Source: a virus | Direction: 5' to 3' (one strand) | Virus record (IMG/VR): IMGVR_UViG_3300034073_004654 | Coordinates: 1-64,000 of that record | DNA: 64,000 nucleotides | Part shown: piece by piece, positions 55,189 to 63,758 of the stretch | Position numbering within the stretch: the stretch's first letter is position 1 | How the letters are laid out: each line of letters begins with the position of its first letter | The notes under the pieces: generated by a model | What the model was told of the DNA's origin: nothing | Databases searched by the model: none | The model's input: the letters and a program-made list of their open reading frames with translations, nothing else | Program-made: the position numbers and the translations under genes

Positions 55189-56676
55189 ATGAGAAACTAT
55201 TCAAAAATTCTTAAACAAGCAAAAAATTTTGAAAAAAAAGTACATGAAGTCAATCCTTCAGTTGTCGTAACAGAACATGAAGGCGTAGACCCTGTTTCTT
55301 ATATGGCTTTTAATAATTTAAAAACCGTTATCAATGATGCCACCGAATTATTATCTATTTTAAATAATGAAGATGATCTTCCTCAATGGGTAGATGAAAT
55401 GTTAGCTATGTCTAAAGGCAATGTGTCTAAAGCTTTAGATTATGTCCGATCTGAAAAAACTGAAACAGAATCTTTGCTAGAAGATGAAGACCATGATCAT
55501 GAATTAATAGCAGAGGGTCAATATCGAGGCTTCTTATCTTCTGTTAAAGACGTTTTTAATAGACCTAAAACAGATCTCGAAATTAAATTGGTACAAATTG
55601 ACGAAGAACTTAGAGATGCTTTCTTATCTTATGGTCCATCAGAATTATCATTGACTAAAAATTTAAATTTGGCTCAAAAATCAATTAATGAAAATAACTT
55701 CTTAAAAGCAAGAAAGCATTTAACGGATTTTAATAATGCCTTGCAATTCATGTCAAATAGAGCAACTGATTTTATTAATTATTCTAAGCTCCCAGGTAAA
55801 CAAGCTGGGTTTTTCGATTTTTTTAAAAGTAAAAAAGAACAACCTGTTCGCACAGAGATTTCTCAATTATTGTTTGAACAATTTAATAAATTAATTCTTG
55901 CTGGGGAAAGTACCTTAATAGCGGTTAAATCTATTTTTGAAATGCTGGATAAATATCGTTCAGATAAAAATATTAATGCTTATATAAGCATGTTAGAATC
56001 ATTGAAAAATGAACAAAGAATTTTTAGTGAAAAATTCGACACTCTTAAAAAAGAATATTTTATGTATTTAGGCGAAACTGGCAGTGAAATGATTGGTAGT
56101 ACTTTAAAAGAAATGAAAAAAGACCTGTATCAGCCTAAAGAAGATAAATATGTTGGAGTTGGCGGATTGGAAACATCTCAAGCTCCAATTAAAGCATTAA
56201 AATTTGAAGTTCCGCCACCAGAAGCTAAAAAAGATCAATTTACAGGATATGATGTTTCCGCTCCAGAATCTGAGTTATCTCCTTGGGCAAAACAAATGTT
56301 GCCAGTTTCTCCCAAATTTGATCGTGTAGATGAAACGGGAGAATGCCCATGCGGTAGTAGATTGCCATGGCTTGCATGTCATGGATTTGACGAGAATAAA
56401 TTTGAAAAAATGAGGGATGAAATAACGGACAAAATGGCAAAAGACATAATGATTAAAAAGAATATTTCTTACAAAGAAGCAAAAGAAGAAGTAAAAGAAG
56501 AAGCAGAAAGACAAGCAGAAATTAGATATTATAACTGGGTTAATCTTTATCTTGCTCGTAAAGCCAGGATAGAAGCAGAAAAAGAAGCTAAAAAAGAAGA
56601 GAATCGTCAAAAGAGAATTAAAGATTATTTAAAATTTGAATCTAATGTTGAACATATATTTCCACAAAGAGCATAA
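55189..56676 (+). CDS. Leader-family multidomain protein with SEC-C motif
   Basis: MRNYSKILKQAKNFEKKV; DLPQWV; internal KQAGFFDFF; CPCGSRLPWLACHG. Confidence 0.75.
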   Translation: MRNYSKILKQAKNFEKKVHEVNPSVVVTEHEGVDPVSYMAFNNLKTVINDATELLSILNNEDDLPQWVDEMLAMSKGNVSKALDYVRSEKTETESLLEDEDHDHELIAEGQYRGFLSSVKDVFNRPKTDLEIKLVQIDEELRDAFLSYGPSELSLTKNLNLAQKSINENNFLKARKHLTDFNNALQFMSNRATDFINYSKLPGKQAGFFDFFKSKKEQPVRTEISQLLFEQFNKLILAGESTLIAVKSIFEMLDKYRSDKNINAYISMLESLKNEQRIFSEKFDTLKKEYFMYLGETGSEMIGSTLKEMKKDLYQPKEDKYVGVGGLETSQAPIKALKFEVPPPEAKKDQFTGYDVSAPESELSPWAKQMLPVSPKFDRVDETGECPCGSRLPWLACHGFDENKFEKMRDEITDKMAKDIMIKKNISYKEAKEEVKEEAERQAEIRYYNWVNLYLARKARIEAEKEAKKEENRQKRIKDYLKFESNVEHIFPQRA

Positions 56677-56737
56677 TCCACTGGTTATTTAATCCAGCCT
56701 ATTCTACAAAAATTTCTATAAGCTAAAAACAATTGAC

Positions 56738-56766
56738 TTGACTCGGACCTTGGTTGGTGCTACACT
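56738..56766 (+). promoter_or_regulatory. Sigma70-type promoter
   Basis: TTGACT-N17-TACACT. Confidence 0.7.
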
Positions 56767-56787
56767 CTTCATATTGAGGAGTGTAAC

Positions 56788-57387
56788 ATGATTCGTTTTC
56801 TTGATAAGCTTCCCCGAGAATGTGTTGTTGCTTGTTCTGGTGGTGCTGATTCTATGGCAGCATTGTCTTTTCTTACCAATCATACTAAACGCAATGTTAC
56901 CGTTGCTTATTTTGATCATGGTACAGAATTTGGCACTCAAGCTAAAACCTTCGTTCAAGATTTTTGCTCGTTCAATGGTTTGTCATTAACCATTGGCTCT
57001 ATTAATTCCGAAAAGCCTAAGGATGAATCTTGGGAAGAATATTGGCGGAATCAACGCTATCGCTTCCTGCATAGCTTTGACTTGCCTGTTATTACCGCCC
57101 ATAACCTTAATGACCAAATGGAAACCTGGCTGTTCACAGGCTTTCATGGAAATTCTCGACTAATCCCATATCAAAACAAGAACGTTATTCGACCATTCAT
57201 GTTGACTCTTAAGTCTGAATTGATCGAGTGGTGCAAATTCAAAAATGTTCCCTGGCTGGAAGATCCGTCAAATCAGAACACCAACTTCATGCGAAATAAA
57301 ATTCGACATGATATTTTGCCGGAAGTTCTAAAAGTTAATCCGGGATTCGATAAAGTCATTCTTAAGAAAGTTATGGAATTGATTTAA
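56788..57387 (+). CDS. tilS: tRNA(Ile)-lysidine synthetase, catalytic domain only
   Basis: ACSGGADSM PP-loop, DHG, RNQRY, TAHNLNDQMET, RP, EDPSN, RNKIRH. Confidence 0.9.
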   Translation: MIRFLDKLPRECVVACSGGADSMAALSFLTNHTKRNVTVAYFDHGTEFGTQAKTFVQDFCSFNGLSLTIGSINSEKPKDESWEEYWRNQRYRFLHSFDLPVITAHNLNDQMETWLFTGFHGNSRLIPYQNKNVIRPFMLTLKSELIEWCKFKNVPWLEDPSNQNTNFMRNKIRHDILPEVLKVNPGFDKVILKKVMELI

Positions 57388-58391
57388 TGCCAAATTTTTT
57401 AACTATATTAGGTTTTGCAGCCACTTCTTTTATTTCTATTTGGGCATTCCTTAAATATCTTGTTCTTGGTCAATATCGCCTAGACAATGATACTAGTAAG
57501 CGCTTGATTTCTACCATTATTAAATCAAACGCTAAACAGTGGATCTTAAATAAAGATCTTGTTATTCCTCCCAAATTTCCAGAGCAATACGAAGCTTTTG
57601 TTATCTTAAATGGTTTGTATTTTTTCTTTTCCAAAACAGAGAGATTAATGACCGCAGGATGGCAATCTAAAGAAAATATTTCTTTTATTTCTTTTCCTAG
57701 ATGGCAAAGAACAAGAATCGATGCCCTTTTAAGAGGCGAGGGTTTTAGCGATAACACAATTCCAGTTATGGCATTATTGCCTTCATCTACGGATCGTTTA
57801 GGAGAATTAGTTTGCGATCCTAATCCACCTTTATATTTAGATCCTTCCTTATATCAAGACATTGAAGATGATGTAATTCAGGTTTTAGGAGGCAAGAAGA
57901 ATAAAACGGGCTGTTTGTTATATGGTCCTCCTGGTAATGGCAAAACTCAATTTGCTAAATATCTTGCCAGGAAATATCAGCTACCAATCTATGCTATCTA
58001 TTTAAATCCCGAATATAACAATTTGGATTTAGCAATGATGTTTGCTTCTATCCCTCAAAGATGCATTATTTTGATGGAAGACTTTGATAATTATTTTAAC
58101 AAAAGAAATTGCATTATCAAAAATGAAAATGTCAGATTTACTTTTGATGCCATCATTAATGCTTTAGATGGAATTCATAATGATTACAAACAAGTTGTTT
58201 TCATTATGACTGCGAATAATATTTCGCATATTGATTCGGCAATTAAAGATAGAAGGTCTAGATTTCAATTCGTTAAAAGATTTGGACCACCATCTGATAA
58301 GATTAGGTTAAAGATTCTTGGAGACCCAAGTTTGGTTAAAGAAACCAAGGGATTATCCTTAGATCAAGTTTTTGCTAGGAAAACCAAGTAA
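57387..58391 (+). CDS. BCS1-like AAA+ ATPase with N-terminal TM helix
   Basis: LLYGPPGNGKT Walker A, IILMEDFD Walker B, INALDG, MTAN. Confidence 0.85.
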   Translation: MPNFLTILGFAATSFISIWAFLKYLVLGQYRLDNDTSKRLISTIIKSNAKQWILNKDLVIPPKFPEQYEAFVILNGLYFFFSKTERLMTAGWQSKENISFISFPRWQRTRIDALLRGEGFSDNTIPVMALLPSSTDRLGELVCDPNPPLYLDPSLYQDIEDDVIQVLGGKKNKTGCLLYGPPGNGKTQFAKYLARKYQLPIYAIYLNPEYNNLDLAMMFASIPQRCIILMEDFDNYFNKRNCIIKNENVRFTFDAIINALDGIHNDYKQVVFIMTANNISHIDSAIKDRRSRFQFVKRFGPPSDKIRLKILGDPSLVKETKGLSLDQVFARKTK

Positions 58392-58453
58392 ATCAATGTA
58401 ATAAGCGGGCATATAATTCGTTAGAACTTGTTTTAACGCACAACGGAGATTTA

Positions 58454-58645
58454 ATGAATTATATTGAACATGAGAGCGGCTATCGTTTAGCGATGGCAAT
58501 GATGCGTAAGAAGGTAGATTATTATCTTGATAATTTAGAAAATTCTGGAATGTCGGAGCAATCTAAAAAAGAAATGCGAAAAATCCTTCAAGATATTTTT
58601 GAAACTACGGAATTTGATTATGAAGAGGCGGTAGCCGATGATTGA
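58454..58645 (+). CDS. Hypothetical protein
   Basis: GGAG SD. Confidence 0.6.
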   Translation: MNYIEHESGYRLAMAMMRKKVDYYLDNLENSGMSEQSKKEMRKILQDIFETTEFDYEEAVADD

Positions 58646-58647
58646 AC

Positions 58648-58677
58648 AAAAGCCCTCGAGAAATAGAGGGCTTTTTA
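58648..58677 (+). terminator. Intrinsic terminator
   Basis: aaaagccctc/gagggctttt. Confidence 0.75.
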
Positions 58678-58765
58678 ATTTGAACTATTAAGTAATTCTT
58701 ACAAGTTGATTGCCTTGACATTATGATTTCCTTGTCGAGCCAAGATTCCTTCAAGAAATAGAGGC

Positions 58766-58793
58766 TTGACAGCGAAACAAAGTGAGTTATAGT
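58766..58793 (+). promoter_or_regulatory. Sigma70-type promoter driving tRNA
   Basis: TTGACA-N16-TATAGT. Confidence 0.75.
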
Positions 58794-58836
58794 ATGAAGG
58801 TGAGACGAACAAGACTGTAAAATAGTGAATAATTTC

Positions 58837-58913
58837 CCGACCTTAGCTCAATATTTGGTTAGAGCAGTGCGCTCATAACGCAACGGTTCACGGTTCAAGT
58901 CCGTGAGGTCGGA
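58837..58913 (+). tRNA. Second tRNA with CAU anticodon (Ile2 or Met), no encoded CCA
   Basis: Same ccgacct/aggtcgg acceptor as 15288; ctcataa loop; followed by CAA. Confidence 0.9.
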
Positions 58914-58968
58914 CAAATCGCCCGCTTAATAGCAATGTTAAGCGGGATTCCTTTTTAAGGAGAAAAAA

Positions 58969-59268
58969 ATGAACATCTATCAAATTCCAACCCACAGAGA
59001 TTTAATTTATTTTTGGCTGGAAACTCATTTTCCAGATGCACCTGCTGCTGTCTTTTTTGATCCATTAGGAAATGGCAATAGAATTGATGATATTGCTGAA
59101 TTTGTAGACTTGAATTCTAAAGAAATCGGAAAGCTTATCACTGCTGACATTTTAATTCTTCCTATGGATTTGGAAAAACTAACCAATTTTGTTAATAACC
59201 TTGATGAAGATGTTTACGGTTACGTCGAGGCTTGGGACGGCAAAGCTATCATCACCACCAACTCCTAA
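58969..59268 (+). CDS. Hypothetical protein
   Basis: AAGGAG SD. Confidence 0.7.
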   Translation: MNIYQIPTHRDLIYFWLETHFPDAPAAVFFDPLGNGNRIDDIAEFVDLNSKEIGKLITADILILPMDLEKLTNFVNNLDEDVYGYVEAWDGKAIITTNS

Positions 59269-59295
59269 CCATTAATATTATCGCATTTAATTGAC

Positions 59296-59325
59296 TTGAC
59301 ACAATGTAGCACATTGCGTTATAGT
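59296..59325 (+). promoter_or_regulatory. Sigma70-type promoter
   Basis: TTGACA-N18-TATAGT. Confidence 0.6.
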
Positions 59326-59401
59326 TACCTACATCAAGTAAACTCGGAGCGTTCGCTCTTTAACCAAGCTTTGTAACCGAAGCTTATAGGATACTTTTTT
59401 T

Positions 59402-59959
59402 ATGGAAACACTATCAACATGGATTTTTGCTGTTCTTGTTACTCTTTCTAATCCTGAAAGAGCAGCTAAATATTCAAAAGAATCAGTAGAAGAAATGAAG
59501 ACCCGCTATCAATCTATCGCAAATGATATGGCAGAAGTTATTACTACTTCAGATCCATTATTTGAATCCTCAGATAATCTGTATCGTACTGCTGCCGTGC
59601 TATCTTCATTGGCTTTATATGAAAGCAGCTTTCATAAATCCGTAGATGAAGGACATTCTCGTGGAGATAACGGACGCTCTTGGTGTCTTATGCAAATCAA
59701 TCTAGGTAAATCCAATGTTAAAATTGGCTCTGAAGAAATGAAAGCTTGGAAAGGCAAAGATCTAGTAGAAGATCGCAAAAAATGCTTTAAAGTTGGTTTG
59801 GAAATGGTTCGAAAATCAATCAATGCCTGCAATTCTAATAATGACGTATTAAGTGTGTATACCAGTGGTAAATGTTTGAAGAATGAGCCCAAAGCTAAGC
59901 AACGCTGGGGAACGGCTATGAAAATTCTTAAACGCCACCCAAGAGAAGAAAAACCCTGA
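59402..59959 (+). CDS. Lysozyme/transglycosylase-like secreted protein
   Basis: N-terminal hydrophobic segment; ALYESSF...GDNGRSWCLMQI...Y.SG.C. Confidence 0.65.
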   Translation: METLSTWIFAVLVTLSNPERAAKYSKESVEEMKTRYQSIANDMAEVITTSDPLFESSDNLYRTAAVLSSLALYESSFHKSVDEGHSRGDNGRSWCLMQINLGKSNVKIGSEEMKAWKGKDLVEDRKKCFKVGLEMVRKSINACNSNNDVLSVYTSGKCLKNEPKAKQRWGTAMKILKRHPREEKP

Positions 59960-60090
59960 TACTTGAGGTTGGGATTTTAGAATATCTACCAATTAATAAT
60001 CATATTTTAAGTTAAAATGATTTATTTGTTTTGGTTAGCAGTGATATTAATTCCTTCTCTAATGGTTTTTTCTTTAGTTAAAAGGTAATT

Positions 60091-60387
60091 ATGATAAAAG
60101 AGCAATATAATCAGCTATTATTTTTAAAAGTTTCTGGGCTAGCTAATCAATTAAATCAGCTAGTTGAAGAGTTTAAAGTTGAACCAACAGCAGAAAACTT
60201 TGATTCTTTTCAGAAATGGCAAAAATTAAATAGCTTGCATATTGCTCTTTTAGATTTGCAATTAGAAGTTGGAAGAGATTTTCACAATCAATCTAAACCA
60301 ACGAGCCCAGAATCCAATTCAAGCAAATCATTTTTCTCAACAATGAGTTATCAAGATTATGAAAAACTTACCAGAAAAAAGAAATAG
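60091..60387 (+). CDS. Hypothetical protein
   Basis: AAGGT SD. Confidence 0.6.
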   Translation: MIKEQYNQLLFLKVSGLANQLNQLVEEFKVEPTAENFDSFQKWQKLNSLHIALLDLQLEVGRDFHNQSKPTSPESNSSKSFFSTMSYQDYEKLTRKKK

Positions 60388-60598
60388 AATTTTAAAACTT
60401 GCCAAGGTTTTAAAATTAACTCCAACTGGAAAAACCAGATTGGAAAAAGATCTTGCCAGTCAGATTTGGTGGATTTTAGGTTGTGTTGAAGGGGAACAGC
60501 CTTTGCCTGGAACCCGAGGATGCGCTACTATGATGGAAGCCTTAGAAAACGTCGAGGGCTGGTTAGCCCCCGAATTTACCGCCATGGATAAATCATGA
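60359..60598 (+). CDS. Hypothetical protein
   Basis: ORF in operon. Confidence 0.55.
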   Translation: MKNLPEKRNRILKLAKVLKLTPTGKTRLEKDLASQIWWILGCVEGEQPLPGTRGCATMMEALENVEGWLAPEFTAMDKS

Positions 60599-60688
60599 GT
60601 CAATATTTATTATTAGCTTTATATTGGGGCTTGGTGCAACAGGGCTCTAAAAAATAACTCTATTAATGTTATTAGGTTTAGATTAATA

Positions 60689-60919
60689 ATGATAAACAAA
60701 ACTAGAGTCATTCAGATATTATCCGATGCTATTGTTGCTACCTTTGAACAAGGACTGGATGATGGAGAGCATTTTAGAACTTCTTTAGCAAATTCTTGCA
60801 CTTCTGAACAACTCTCTGAGATTACTCAAGATGATATTAAAGCTGCTCTTTTAGAGTCTAAGGCAGATCTATTAAATTTAACCTTTGTAATGATTGACGA
60901 ATTAATTAACAAAAAATAA
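60689..60919 (+). CDS. Hypothetical protein
   Basis: ORF in operon. Confidence 0.6.
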   Translation: MINKTRVIQILSDAIVATFEQGLDDGEHFRTSLANSCTSEQLSEITQDDIKAALLESKADLLNLTFVMIDELINKK

Positions 60920-60923
60920 AATT

Positions 60924-61415
60924 ATGTCAGTAACATTTAAAGATTTAGCCACAGGCTATACAGTAGAAGTTAAAATTGAAAATCAAAGTAATGGAAAAAT
61001 TGCTTTATTCGATCATATTCCTTATAATGTAAATTTAGAAAAATTACCAACATTACCATTTAAAATTATCGGGTTAAATTCTACTTATTTAAGTGACGGT
61101 AACGATGTTTGTGTTATGATTCAGATTCCGGACGATTATCCAAATTTAGGCTGGAGCTTCATTGATCAAGATGAAATTGATGAGTGGAAAAGCTTGGGGT
61201 GGAAGCTAATTGATAATATTGATAAATCTATCACTGTATATCTAATTAATATTCAAACAGTAGATTCTATTAAGTCTAAAGGCGTTTCTTTAAAAAGCTA
61301 TGGTCATAGCTGCGTTGAATGCAAAGATTATTTCCCGTATGCCGAAGCTAATATGTCAGATGGGCGTCTGCTATGTTATTCTTGCCGATCGACTTGCGGC
61401 TGGAAATATCGATGA
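60924..61415 (+). CDS. Protein with C-terminal zinc ribbon shared with 37601..38095
   Basis: CVEC...YAEAN..DG.LLCYSC. Confidence 0.75.
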   Translation: MSVTFKDLATGYTVEVKIENQSNGKIALFDHIPYNVNLEKLPTLPFKIIGLNSTYLSDGNDVCVMIQIPDDYPNLGWSFIDQDEIDEWKSLGWKLIDNIDKSITVYLINIQTVDSIKSKGVSLKSYGHSCVECKDYFPYAEANMSDGRLLCYSCRSTCGWKYR

Positions 61416-61478
61416 TTTAGTTGTCGAGCCTATTAATTATCCTACATATCTTATGTTAACTTACATGGAGGTAGGATA

Positions 61479-62123
61479 ATGTGGCATAGAATGATAATAT
61501 ATTTTATAGTTTTTTCAGTGTGTTTATATCCAATACATGTATCAAAATCTTCCGAGCTATCCAATTCTATAATAAAAGAACAAGTGATAGTATCATTGCC
61601 CATGGAAGAAAAGATAGAACTTCCGATTCAAAGCGTTGAAAATAATCTTGTCAAGAAAGAAACTGATTCTAAAAAACTTAGAGTAAAAAAAATTCTCACG
61701 GAGATTTCGGAAACAGACTTAAAAGAACTTCTAGCCAAAACTCATTTAGAAGTTTTTAATAAACCAGCCTCAGATAAAAGAATACATATGGCTTGGGCGC
61801 AAATTGCTTTTGAAAACGGCAGAGGCAAAAAGGTATATAATTATAATTTAGGTAATATTGGAGGTCATCCTACAACTCCGGTGTTACCATATTATCGAGT
61901 GGCGGGTTCTAGATTCAGAAGTTTTGAATCCTTTGAAGAAGGAGCCAAATTTTACTGGCAACATTTAAAAGAGCGATGTTCAGGAGCTTTACCTTATTTT
62001 GATTTGGGAGATCCTTATACTGCCAGCATTGCTCTTGGAAAATGCGGATACTATCGCTCAGATGTAGAACATTATTTAAAAAATTTATCTTCTTTGTATT
62101 TCGAGTCTTATAAAAAACTTTAA
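61479..62123 (+). CDS. Glucosaminidase/FlgJ-like peptidoglycan hydrolase with N-terminal anchor
   Basis: AQIAFENG.G...YNLGNI...FRSFESFEEG...Y...GYY; GGAGG SD. Confidence 0.7.
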   Translation: MWHRMIIYFIVFSVCLYPIHVSKSSELSNSIIKEQVIVSLPMEEKIELPIQSVENNLVKKETDSKKLRVKKILTEISETDLKELLAKTHLEVFNKPASDKRIHMAWAQIAFENGRGKKVYNYNLGNIGGHPTTPVLPYYRVAGSRFRSFESFEEGAKFYWQHLKERCSGALPYFDLGDPYTASIALGKCGYYRSDVEHYLKNLSSLYFESYKKL

Positions 62124-62432
62124 ATGTCAACGATAACAATTGACAATTTTAATTATCTAAAAAAGATAATTTCCTCCATCGAAAATAAACGTCGCAGGAG
62201 GAAATTATCTTTTATTTTTTATCGTCCTGCTTGCGTGTGCTGCAAAGAAAAAGCTTATGCTGTTTCTTTTGAAAATGATATGATTCGGTTCTTAACCAAA
62301 GATTCTTTTTTGACTTTAGATCATATCATTCCAGTTTCTTTGAAAGGAAAAAAAGAAGCCATTGGCAATTGGCAAGTCATGTGCTTGAAATGCAATCAGC
62401 GTAAAGGTAATAGAATTAATTTTTCAGCTTGA
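62124..62432 (+). CDS. HNH endonuclease
   Basis: CVCC...LTLDHIIPVSLKG...NWQVMCLKCNQRKG. Confidence 0.85.
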   Translation: MSTITIDNFNYLKKIISSIENKRRRRKLSFIFYRPACVCCKEKAYAVSFENDMIRFLTKDSFLTLDHIIPVSLKGKKEAIGNWQVMCLKCNQRKGNRINFSA

Positions 62433-62456
62433 CGATTTATCGAGACGTAGTATCAT
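62429..62456 (+). promoter_or_regulatory. Sigma70-type promoter
   Basis: TTGACG-N16-TATCAT. Confidence 0.65.
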
Positions 62457-62505
62457 TGTTGTGCCATCAGCAAGATGGTCTTTTAATAAAGAAAGGAAAA
62501 GCATT

Positions 62506-62847
62506 ATGAATTTTCGAGTGGACCCTCTTACCGTTGTTACAACGCTTCATTCAATGATTGAACAAAATAACGGTCGAATGACCGTTATCAAAGCAGTTCA
62601 CCGGCTTGCAGCTAAAGGACTTGCTTTGCCTGGAAAAACAGACAAAGAACAGGCTCAAGTGCTTAATTCTCTTATTTCATTGTGTAGCCCTGGTATTTTT
62701 GATATTCGACCAGGGAAGAACGGCGGGATCGGTCTGCCTTCTATGCACTCTCTTGCTTCTAGGGGCTCTCTGGCAGGGCTAGTGTCACAAGCCGCCAGCG
62801 ACGCAGAAGGGCAGGAGGAGCTTTCAGAATTTAAAACCGGCACTTGA
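62506..62847 (+). CDS. Hypothetical protein
   Basis: AAGGA SD; RPGKNGGI. Confidence 0.65.
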   Translation: MNFRVDPLTVVTTLHSMIEQNNGRMTVIKAVHRLAAKGLALPGKTDKEQAQVLNSLISLCSPGIFDIRPGKNGGIGLPSMHSLASRGSLAGLVSQAASDAEGQEELSEFKTGT

Positions 62848-63065
62848 AAGATCTTATGGATTTAGCAATCCAAATTTGGAACGATACATTAAGGGGATTT
62901 AAAAATAACCCCAATACAATCACTGTTTACGCTTCAATTTCAGATACTTGGAATAATAAAATTACACCTGCCATAATCAAAGATATAAAAAAATATGCAA
63001 AATCATTAGGTTATAAGGCAGAAGTTGAGTTGAGCAAGTTCAATTGGCTAATTCTTAGAAAGTGA
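62844..63065 (+). CDS. Hypothetical protein
   Basis: Overlap with upstream stop. Confidence 0.55.
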   Translation: MKDLMDLAIQIWNDTLRGFKNNPNTITVYASISDTWNNKITPAIIKDIKKYAKSLGYKAEVELSKFNWLILRK

Positions 63066-63078
63066 GCAAGGAGATTTT

Positions 63079-63300
63079 ATGGCTTTATATTTAGAAAATA
63101 CAGGAAAAGTTTTTTTTCGAAATGGTTTGCCCAGTTCTATTTTTTGGAAACCAGAAGTTTTAGACAAGGGTCTCACTGTTGACGCTTTACAAAATCAAGC
63201 AGATGAAGAACTTAGAGTTTGTGGATTTCGAGTTAAAGTAGGTCAAGTAAAATTTGAAGAAGAAAATCACGTTTTGTTTGCCAGGGTTTGGTGGCAGTAA
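63079..63300 (+). CDS. Hypothetical protein
   Basis: AAGGAG SD. Confidence 0.6.
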   Translation: MALYLENTGKVFFRNGLPSSIFWKPEVLDKGLTVDALQNQADEELRVCGFRVKVGQVKFEEENHVLFARVWWQ

Positions 63301-63305
63301 ATCAT

Positions 63306-63758
63306 ATGACTCATAATCATTTGCCTGCAAGATTATATCATCTTGCTTCGAGTGATCATGGGTCTTTTATCAATTGGCATCCTAGAAGCTTTGGAATCAA
63401 TCGACCATCTTTTGAGCCCCAAACTTCTAGGATTTGTTTTTCTTTATCTGTTTCTGGTTGTTTGCTATCTTTGGGTTACATCGCCACTCAATATAAAGAA
63501 TGGCATCTTTATTCAACTATGAGCTCATATTACCAACCAAAAACAACTGACGTTGTAGATTCTAGTGTCACTGAAGAAGTTTGGAGGCTATCAGAAACCG
63601 CAATGAATAAAATTCATATCTTTTCTTCTCAGGAAAAATCAGAGCTAGAAAAACATTTGTATTTTACTTCTGGTAATCCATCTGCTATTAAATATCAATT
63701 ACAGTCTAAGATTAAAATAGAAAAAGTTTTAAGGAAATTTATTGATGCCAAAACATAA
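63306..63758 (+). CDS. Hypothetical protein, possible ADP-ribosyltransferase-like fold
   Basis: LYHL...P...EP.T.RICFS..V.GC...TEEVW. Confidence 0.55.
   Translation: MTHNHLPARLYHLASSDHGSFINWHPRSFGINRPSFEPQTSRICFSLSVSGCLLSLGYIATQYKEWHLYSTMSSYYQPKTTDVVDSSVTEEVWRLSETAMNKIHIFSSQEKSELEKHLYFTSGNPSAIKYQLQSKIKIEKVLRKFIDAKT

Noticed and set aside
152-56676. Leader as a Sec/Tat signal peptide
   Set aside because: It is amphipathic and charged with no hydrophobic core or twin-arginine motif, and it is attached to cytoplasmic-type enzymes.
58837-58913. Initiator tRNA-fMet
   Set aside because: Position 1-72 is paired and the anticodon stem lacks the three consecutive G-C pairs of initiators.
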